From the NCBI RefSeq assembly GCF_001194135.2, contig NC_068990.1, positions 87,472,666 through 87,536,665 of the forward strand: 64,000 nucleotides of DNA, in the 5' to 3' direction. Under the pieces are notes generated by a model. It searched no databases, was not told where the DNA came from, and saw nothing but the letters and a program-made list of their open reading frames with translations. Below are positions 54,171-64,000 of the stretch, one piece after another (within the stretch, counting starts at the first letter, position 1; the number at the start of each line of letters is the position of its first letter). The stretch comes from Octopus bimaculoides (taxonomy: Eukaryota). The translations under genes were made by a program, and so were the position numbers.

Positions 54171-54496
54171 ACAAACCCCAAAACAAATCGCTGTATGCAT
54201 CCAAGGTATATGTAACTGCGCTTAGTAGTACCGTAGGAACATGCAAACAAAATAAAACTGCTGAATAATACTAATTTCTTAGATATGTACAAGACCATAT
54301 ATATTTTGTAGGAGATAAGCTGCAATTGGATATATCCGCGCGAGTATTTAATTGCTCTTTAAATTGATCGATGGCGGGAAGACGAAATGCAAAGCATACG
54401 TTAGCAGAATTTTAACGTAGAAAGCAAAGGAATGTTGCTAAACACCATAAAGCATTTAACATATTTCTCAACTGCAGTAACAATAAAAAATATGCT

Positions 54497-54733
54497 TTCT
54501 ACTAAAAGCACAAGGCCTGGACTTGGAGGCAGGGGGATAAGTCGATTACATCGACCACAGTTTTCACTGGTATTTAATTTATCGACCACGAAAGTGGTCG
54601 AAAGGCAAAGTCGACCCCGGCGGAATTTGAACTCAGAACGCACAGACAGACGAAGTGCCGTTAAGCATTTCGCCCGGCGTGCTAACGATTCCGCCAGCTC
54701 ACCGCCTTAGTAACAATGATGACGATGATGATG

Positions 54734-54795
<62 letters not shown>

Positions 54796-55202
54796 TCTAA
54801 TTCTAATTTAGACAATAAGTGTACTATTTTGAGTAGGTGGTGGGTGGGGGTAGTTGATTAAATTAACTTCAGTATGTGATTGGTACTATATATTATTGAC
54901 CCCGAAAGGCTGAAGTGAAACTTGACTCCAGTAGGATTTGAATTCAGAATGTAAAGAGCTACGACTAATACCGAGAAGCGCAGTTACATTCCCATGATCA
55001 TTTGGTTTCTAATTTAGGAACAAGGCCGGCAATTTTGACCAGAGAAAAGGTACTTTATTTTATCGCCTATGTAAGTATGAAAAACACAGTTGAACTCTAC
55101 CGGATTTGAACACAGGAGGCAATGCATTTGGTCCGACGTTCTAATGGTTTAGTCATTCTGCCTCAATAATAATAACAATGGTTTCAAATTTTGCCACAAG
55201 GC

Positions 55203-55251
<49 letters not shown>

Positions 55252-55442
55252 TTTTGAAATTTTGACACAAAGCCAGCAATTTCAAGGGAGATGGGTTTAG
55301 TGGTACCTTATTTTATCGACCTCGAAATAATGAAAGTCAAAGTTAACTTCAGCGGAATTTAAACTCATATATAATGTGTCGGAAGAAATACCACTGGACA
55401 TTTTGTCCGACGCACTAACAATTTTGAAAGCTCGTCGCCTCT

Positions 55443-55481
<39 letters not shown>

Positions 55482-55670
55482 ATTTCTAATATAGGCGCAT
55501 GGCCTAAAACTTTAGGGAAAGGAGTTGGTCGATTACAACAACTCCTGTACTTGGCTGGTACTTAATTTTATCGACCCCAGGGAAAGCTGACTGGCGCGGA
55601 ATTTGAACTCAGAATGTAAAGAGCCGGAAGAAATACCGCTAAGGATTTTCCTGACGTTAATAATCCTTAA
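54497..55670 (-). mobile_element. Cluster of about five co-oriented family A SINE copies separated by (AAT)n/(AGT)n tracts
   Basis: Recurrent reverse-complement blocks ttttatcgacc..gaaagt..gg(a)atttgaactcagaa at about 54580, 54900, 55070, 55320 and 55570. Confidence 0.8.
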
Positions 55671-55822
55671 TTTACTTTACCTCCTGGGTCCGTTACTACA
55701 TACAGTACGATGCTACAGAAACATACGGAGCTTTACATACGGGATCATGTAAAGACAGCAGGTAGAGGGCAGTTATATAATTTTGGAACTTGTGTAAAAT
55801 TGGTAACATACACATAGTTAAT

Positions 55823-56204
55823 TGTGGTACTCCGTCGGTTGCGACGACGAGGGTTCCAGTCGATCAGATCAACGGAACAGCCTGCTCGTGAAATTAACGT
55901 GCAAGTGGCTGAGCACTCCACAGACACGTGTACCTTTAACGTAGTTCTCGGGGAGATTCAGCGTGACACAGTGTGTAACAAGACTGGCCCCTTTGAAATA
56001 CAGGTAGAAGAGAAACAGGAAGAAAGAGTGAGAGAAAGTTGTGGTGAAAGAGTACAGCAGGGGTCGCCAACACCTCCGGCCGGAGCCTCGTGGAGCATTA
56101 CATGTTTTCGCTCAATAAGCACTCACAACGCCCGGTCTGGGAATCGAAACCGCTATCCTACGACCACGAGTCCGCTGCCCTAACCGCGGGGCCATTGCGC
56201 TTCC
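55823..56204 (-). mobile_element. tRNA-headed SINE family B, long form
   Basis: Reverse-complement head ggaagcgcaatggcccgcggttagggcagcggactc..ggtttcgattcccagacc; 3' body shared with 57620-57795. Confidence 0.85.
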
Positions 56205-57173
56205 ATAGTTAATTGTACAGATTGATTGAAGAAATAAATAAATGAATACATTTCATATAGAGATAAATATTTATCATGAATATTATATTATAAATTTATA
56301 TTTATTATTAATATCTATTATTATATAACTAATATAAATATGAAAATACAGATAACGGCAAATGAGAGAATCCCACCCACGCAGAAGCAGGAAGTCGCCA
56401 TCTGGTTATGATTAGGGTACCCCATGAGCCTGATCACATGCTACTTCTATGTATTATGCCTCTATATGCTTGAAACGTTCGTTCCTCAAAAGAGGCAGGA
56501 TTGGTAAGAAAAAGAAAGAGGCGTCGAGGATTCCTCATGGTAGCTTAGGTTATAATAAACCGTTCCCAGACATTATAACAATAAGGCCTTCGAGTTCTAT
56601 GGCACGGTTAACAATTTTAAGGAAGTTGTGGGTATGTCGATTATATGGAGGCCAATGCTCAAATGGGATTTATTTTAGCGACCCTAAAAGGACGAAAGGT
56701 AAAGTCAACGTCGGCAGCGTTTGATGTCAGGACGTAAAATTTCGCCGAGGTCCTAATAATAATAACAATTCTAATATGATGGCATAGATCCAAGACATTG
56801 GCGGCGGGTTGGGGGAACAACAAGAAGGCGAAATACAAAGGGAAACCATAAACAACAGTAGGAGTTTTACGCTGATATAAATCTACAATAGTAATTAAGA
56901 CGCATTCATTAATTACATTGTAATAATGATAACGACTAACAACAGAATAATGATAATGTTTTCCCGTTTTACGAGTTTTGTAGTCTTTTTTTATGATTAA
57001 AAATAATTCGGTGAAGACATTTAAACCATAAAAATATTCTTTGTTAAAAGATGGTTTTTAATTATTATTATTGTTACTGTTGTTGTTTAATATTTGTACC
57101 AGCCTGGGGTTAAACAAGAATGTCTGTCACTAACACGTCTTGTTTTGTTTTTTTCTTTTATTTTGCGCGGCAT

Positions 57174-58030
57174 TTTGAGCCAGTGTCTTCTACTATAACA
57201 TTTGGCAGACTATGCTTTATGAGTGAATTTGGTAGACGGTAACTGTGTGGAAGCCCGCTGTGTGTGTATACATGTGTGTGTATATATATGCGTATGTGTA
57301 TATATACATGTGTGTGTGTATATATATATGTGTGTGTATATGTGTATATACATATGTGTGTATATATATGCGTATGTGTATATATATATGTGTGTGTGTA
57401 TATATATATATGTGTGTGTTTATATGTGTATATACATGTGTGTGTATATATGTGTGTGTGTGTGCATATATGTGTGTGTGTGCGTGTGTGAAGGCGCGTG
57501 GCTGAGTGGTTAGGGCATTCGGCTCACGATCGTAGGATCGTGAGTTCGATTCCCCGCGGTGCGTTGAGTTCTTGAGCAAGACGCTTTATTTTCACTTTGC
57601 TGGCAAAAATGAGTTGTACCTGTAATTCAAAGGGCCAGCCTTGTCACACTCTGTGTCATGCTGAATCTCCCCCCGAAAACTACGTTAAGGGTGCACGTGT
57701 CTGTGGAATCCTCAGCCACTTGCACGTTAATTTCACGAGCAGGCTCTTCCGCTGATCGGATAAACTGGAACCCTCGTCGTCGTAACCGACGGAATACTAT
57801 GTATATATTATGTGTAAGTGTGTGTGTCTACTCCGCTGCTTGACAACCGGTGTTAGTTTCTTTACGTCCTCATGACTGTCATAACAGTTTGGCAAAAAGC
57901 GAGAGACAGAGTAAGCACCAGACTTCCAAAAAGTACTGGGGTCGATTTGCTTAACAAAACCTTTCAAGCGGTGCTCCAGTATGGCCGCAATCTACCGACT
58001 GAAACAAGTAAGAGACAAAAAAAAATAAAG
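57174..58030 (+). mobile_element. SINE family C (internal microsatellite type) interrupted by a family B SINE at 57490-57800
   Basis: Head ..cttctactata..ggtagacggtaactgtgtggaagccc, then (TA/TG)n, the inserted SINE, more microsatellite, and tail ..cttgacaaccggtgtt..tcaagcggtgctccagtatggccgca. An uninterrupted copy lies at 61270-61680. Confidence 0.75.
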
Positions 58031-58059
58031 GATAGTTTACCTAGTTCTACGTTATACAG

Positions 58060-58790
58060 AGTGTAATTTCTAATTTATAAGATGATAAGGTGTGTTATAA
58101 AGAATAGATTTGGCTGCTATTTCTAGCAGAGATCCAGGGATCACCTTGCCACGTTGTTATTGTTGTTCTTTAGGCCTAAATCAGCATGACTATGAACTTC
58201 CGTCCTTTCTTGATCCCCTGTTCCATTGTATAGCAGGGACCACATTGTCCAATGTATCTGTCTTTATTTATCATTCGTAGGAGGGGATTTAGCTGCTATC
58301 TCTAGCGGGTTTTGTGATCACGTTTCTGTTGAAATTGAAAATATTACCTGTCTCATGTATGGGAGTGTTGATGTTGAAGTTCTTTAACCCAGACGCTTCA
58401 GAATGAGCAGAACTCTGATCAAATGCGTTCCAGACGAGACCATCCTGTCATTTTTCTAGACATAGGGTATCCCAGACTGCATTATTCAATGTACCCTTCC
58501 CTTTTATTTTCTTAAGTTGGTAGGGTGTGATTTGAGGGAAATCTGGCTGCTATTTCTAGCAGGTCAAGTCTCTCCGTAGAAGTTACTGTTATTGTTTAGT
58601 CCCAAGTCAGCTCAGATCCAACAGATATAATATCGAAAGCGTTCCAGCTTTGGCCTCTCCGTCTTTTTTTCAAACAGCATGTATCTAGATTTAGATCTAC
58701 ATTATTCAAAACTTCCTTCTCTTTCTTTTAAGGAAATGTAATTTAAAAGAGATTTAGCTGCTATTTCTAGCAAATCGACTCATCACATTA
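58060..58790 (+). repeat. Tandem array of about four diverged ~180-255-bp units ending in GATTTGGCTGCTATTTCTAGCA
   Basis: Motif at 58107, 58286, 58540 and 58751; a solo unit lies at about 62190-62390. Confidence 0.8.
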
Positions 58791-61269
58791 ACACAAATCT
58801 AGCTACTTTTGTTGGATGTAAGTTAATGAACATTTTTTTTTGGTTTCTTTTCTTATTTTCATTAAAAATATACAACAGGTGTGCACTAGACAGGAACATC
58901 AGATTTTAGATCGCCTGCAAATCACACCTGAACAGATTAACAACAACAAACAGGGGGAACACATTGGCTAATGCAGAGCTAGATATGTTGTCTGAAATAA
59001 TTCGATGCGATGATCATGGCTGGAGCCTTGATCTATCTAAAGCCCTGTACCAGGACTGATCTAAACTAATTAAAAACATTAACACATATTTGACTGAAAT
59101 ACATCACGAAATGAATTAATTAATAATTTTCCGTATTAAACTTTTAAATACTTTTAATTTGTTAAATATTAACATAACAAAACATTTGTTAAAGTTATTT
59201 CACAATTCTTACCTTTCTCTTGATGAAGAAAAAAAAATCGAACAGACAAAAATCCGCAAGACTTGCTTCGATAAATATTTCCAATGGGTTTTCAATTGGT
59301 TTTAAAATACCATAGGAATATTTTGATTAAAGTTTTCCACGTGTGTATGTAATTCAAGAAGAATGCCGTTGATTAAAAGTTTGGTTAAATATTGGTCAAA
59401 ATGTAGCAATAATAAAAAAATAATACACATTAAGAACACACAAAACAGTGTTGTTGACTCTTCTGCGTTAGAGTTAAATATAATATATCACAGATCTGCT
59501 TGCGTTGAGAATCTTACGTCTGACTGTAAAATATATATTACATATACACGAACAGGGCGGTCACTGGTTAAAGCGTGCCTACACAAGTCTTATTTAGAGT
59601 ATCACAGGTAAAAACAAAACGAAACAAGAATACTCCGCCTTGACAACATCAGTTTTATTCTTCTTTTATATATATATTTTTTCAAAGTATCTTCAGAGGC
59701 GACGATACACACACAACTGTAACGTGGATATTGTTGTTGTTGAAGTTACTGAAACCTGTAGGCATGTAGAAGTTGGTGTTTCATAGTGGTGGTCACTAAA
59801 CCGTAGAATAGTAAAAGATAGAGAAAAGTCGATCCAGTAACATCTTCGACCGGTCACAAACCCCGCAAAATCCAATCGATACACTGTTCCTCACTAAATG
59901 AACTGAACTAAAACAAAAAGGAAAATGAAAAAAATAAAAAGTAAAATTTTAGAATATGTTAAGTATTTCTCGAAATACAAAATTAAATATTGTAGGTTCT
60001 AACTTCATAAGTGATATATCTAATATTGCGACTATGTTTTGTTACGGAACCAGGTAGTTTAAAGAATTCTGTTTCCAAAGTTGATATATTTAAACAGAGT
60101 TGGATATTCATTTTTCAAGACGAAATGAAAACAAGCAGCTTCAATAATAACTTATGCGATAACTGCAGGAAACTAGAATTAAGGAAAATGAAATAAAGAG
60201 TAATTTCTAGAACACACACATACATAACATATATTACGTACCACATTCATACATATATACGTACATATACGTATATGTGTGGGTCTGTTTGTGTGAGTAT
60301 GTGTGTGTTTCTCTTCAAGCGGCGTGATTGATCTGTATGTGAATGTGTTTATTTCATTCACGTGTTCCATCGTATTATGTAAAGCATAACTTTATGCCCG
60401 CGTCTGTAAGTACGTGCGTGCGTATGTGTGTCTGTGGTATGTGTGAGAGAGTAAGTGTGCGTGTGGGCAGCACGCGTACGTGTGTGTGTATGTGTGTGTG
60501 TGCGTGTGTGTGTGTATGTCTGCATGTTCCTGGGTACACATACCTACGCATATGTACGTCCATAAGTATACCTAAGTGTGTAGATGTATGTACGCCCACG
60601 CGTCGCTATGTTGTATATGCATGTTCGGAAATGAGCGTGTCCGTGTACCCTCGCACATGCCCATATCCGTGTGTGCACGCAGACATGTGTGAGTGAGTAT
60701 ATATATGTATGTATACATACACAATTATCATTATGTGTCTATATGTCTCTAAACATCTGTGTGCGTGTGCATGTATGCAGCTGAGCATGTGCGCGCATTT
60801 ATGCATATATATATATATATATATATANNNNNNNNNNNNNNNNNNNNNNNNNNNNNNNNNNNNNNNNNNNNNNNNNNNNNNNNNNNNNNNNNNNNNNNNN
60901 NNNNNNNNNNNNNNNNNNNNNNNNNNNNNNNNNNNNNNNNNNNNNNNNNNNNNNNNNNNNNNNNNNNNNNNNNNNNNNNNNNNNNNNNNNNNNNNNNNNN
61001 NNNNNNNNNNNNNNNNNNNNNNNNNNNNNNNNNNTATGTATTTTAATTCGTGCATGCTTATAAATATGTGTGTGTTACAGTATATACGCATGCGAACATG
61101 TCTATATACACCGATGCTTACTTCCGTCTAGAAACACGTATCTAAGCATGTATGAACGAATGTTTATACGTGTGTATGTTTTCTGCGTGCATGCGTACGT
61201 GCGCGTGTGTGTGTGTGTGTGTGTGTGAGTGTGTGTGTGTGTGTGTGTGTGAATGCCTTGTGCGTGTTT

Positions 61270-61476
61270 GTGCGTAGGTGCACCCCCAACTTGTTGATTC
61301 TGGGTTCAGTTCTACGGCGTGTTACTTAGGCAGGTGACTTCTACTATAACCTCGGGACAACCGAAGCCTTCAGAGGGGATGTGGTAAACGGAAACTGAAA
61401 GAAGCCCATCGTCTGTGTGTTTATATATATAAATATAGATATGCACACACATGTGTTTGTGTGTGCGCGTGTGCGT

Positions 61477-61520
<44 letters not shown>

Positions 61521-61680
61521 GTGTGTGTGTGTGTGTATGTGTGTGTGTGTGTGTGTGTGCGAGCCTTTGTATCTATGCTTTTCTCCCACCACTGCTTGAC
61601 AACTGGCGGTGGAGCGTTTTTACGCCTCCGTAACTTATTATTTCGGCTAACAACACCGAGAGAATAAGTGCCTGGTTAAN
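61270..61680 (+). mobile_element. SINE family C copy with internal (TG)n microsatellite
   Basis: Head gttgattctgggttcagt..cttctactataacctcgg..ggaaactgaaagaagcccatcgt, then a microsatellite, then tail ccaccactgcttgacaactgg..; runs into a gap. Confidence 0.75.
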
Positions 61681-63886
61681 NNNNNNNNNNNNNNNNNNNN
61701 NNNNNNNNNNNNNNNNNNNNNNNNNNNNNNNNNNNNNNNNNNNNNNNNNNNNNNNNNNNNNNNNNNNNNNNNNNNNNNNNNNNNNNNNNNNNNNNNNNNN
61801 NNNNNNNNNNNNNNNNNNNNNNNNNNNNNNNNNNNNNNNNNNNNNNNNNNNNNNNNNNNNNNNNNNNNNNNNNNNNNNNNNNNNNNNNNNNNNNNNNNNN
61901 NNNNNNNNNNNNNNNNNNNNNNNNNNNNNNNNNNNNNNNNNNNNNNNNNNNNNNNNNNNNNNNNNNNNNNNNNNNNNNATATATATATATATATATAGAT
62001 AGATAGATAGATATATGCATCAATGTGTGCATGTTAAGAAAGCATATATCTACCTCTGTGTATGTGTGTGTGTGTTTGTGTGTGAGCAATTAGGAGTTGG
62101 TGTTTGTTATTCATATTTTATACATATCTCTTCATTGTTGTACGTAATATTTACCTTCGGTCAAAAGTATGTATGTGCTTACAGATGTTGTTTAGCATTT
62201 TTGGTCAGCTCTAATCGGAAGAGACCCATGATCAAAAGCGTGCCACCCATGACTATCTCGTCTTTTTTTTTTTACCGCCATTGTGTACTTCGGACTAGAT
62301 TACATTGAAGATCATTCCGTTCTTCATAACTATAAAGTATGGCATGAGAAAAATTCAGCTGCTATTTCTAGCTTGTCGGATGACCGCAGAAAGTATCTAC
62401 AATAATATATCTGTAGGAATACCTGCATATGGTTATGATTGTATATGAGCGTATGAAGGCGCATGCGTGCATGTATGTGTGTGTGTTTGTGTGTGTGTGT
62501 GTTTATATGTGTTTGTGAATAAGTGTTGGATATGTTATGTATAAATGCCTAAATCATTTTCCCATATACACATTTAAGGAGGTATTTGTGTACAAATATC
62601 TCTATGGATGTGTTTAGATGCGCTTGCGTATTCATTGATGAATGTAATAAATTCATTGATAAATGTAATATATGTAAAATAAACATACACGTATTCATCG
62701 GCTGTATTAGCTAGCGGTTCGGTAAAACATACCGATAGAATAGGTACCAGACTTTATAAACACATGCACTAGGGTCGATTTGTTCGGCTAAACCCTTCAA
62801 AGAGGTGCCTCATGATCTCCGCAATCCCAAAATTGAAACAAGTGCGAAAGAAAAATAATAATAATAATAAATGCAAAACATAGTTTAATAGGTGTTCATA
62901 AATGCACGAGCATTTGGTTAATTCTTCGTGTATCCGTATTTACTTTTTATATACCTGTGTGTAGGCGTATGCGCGTATATGTGTGTTGTGTGTGTGTGTG
63001 TGCTTGTGTATAAGTTTCGATGCGTGTATGTATTTGTATGTACGCATGCATGTATGTATGTATGTATGTATGTATTTGTGTGTATGTATGTATGTATGTA
63101 TGTATGTATGCATGTACGTACGAGTATGTATGTATTTGTATGTATTTGTATGTACGTAAGTATGTATGTATGTTTGTACGCACGTACGTACGTGAATGTG
63201 TGTATGTATGTACGGGTATGTATGTATGTATGTATATTGCATATATATCGACATGCGTAATTACATGTATACATTCATTGATATATTTCTATTTATATAT
63301 ACACAAATGTACACATATTTATACATCGATCGATAAAAAACGCGCCAAATATTTAAGTATCTCACACACTTTTCGGAAAATACTGAAACAGTAAACTTAG
63401 TAAAGTACAAATCAGCTGGGAACTTCCCTGTTTGTAAACCCTGGCTTTTTCACGATGACCACTTCTACAATAACAAACATACCAAAGTGCACCAATAATT
63501 AAAAGTAGAATTAATAAATTTATTGTCTGCGGGGAGAAAAGTTTAAGGTTCTTGAAGGAACCGGAAGCAAATATTTTCAAATATTTTCTTGTTCATAGAT
63601 TTTGAAAGAAAGGTTGGTATGTGTAGGGGCGATAGTTCCTATAACTGCTCATCATTTTCATTTTCTCTCCCAAATAACCATGACCCTTTCCTGTTGCGTT
63701 TGTATTTGGCGGAAGAAGTTTTGCCGTTGGATATTCCGCCATTGTCCCCTTCTGTTGCAACGCATGTGTTTATTAAGTAAGTCATGTATTCGTGTCCGTG
63801 TTATGAATGCATGAATACCTGAAGGTATTTCTCCCTTCTCTCTCCCTTTCGCTGTCTGCCTGTCTGTCTGTCTGTCTCTGTCTCTG

Positions 63887-63980
<94 letters not shown>

Positions 63981-64000
63981 TAGATAGATAGATAGATAGA

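Noticed and set aside
58060-58790. CRISPR-like pattern (conserved 22-nt repeat with variable intervals)
   Set aside because: The intervals are 160-230 nt and homologous to each other, the context is eukaryotic, and there are no cas genes.

Overview
AT-rich, microsatellite-saturated, gapped eukaryotic genomic DNA. The repeat landscape (tRNA-headed SINE families with (AAT)n tails, Penelope, RLE-type LINE and mariner debris) looks like an octopod cephalopod draft assembly; this is an inference. The only host gene I can support is a 4-exon rhodopsin-class (class A) neuropeptide-type GPCR on the minus strand. Its CDS is 33750-33483, 19661-19566, 10449-9794 and 6757-6311, with all GT-AG junctions in compatible phase (1,1,0), giving about 488 aa. 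The ORF track shows it only as four unrelated pieces. Everything else is intronic or intergenic repeat material: an internally deleted mariner, a mariner MITE, three Penelope-like fragments, several RLE-clade LINE fragments, a decayed Gypsy pol, possible Helitron pieces and many SINEs, some in tandem arrays, fold-backs or nested. The most notable small features are a Penelope-type minimal hammerhead ribozyme fold in intron 2, a symmetric head-to-head SINE fold-back in intron 2, competing splice donors for the receptor C-tail, and an upstream mini-ORF whose first five residues match the receptor N-terminus. No CRISPR, rRNA or genuine tRNA genes were found.
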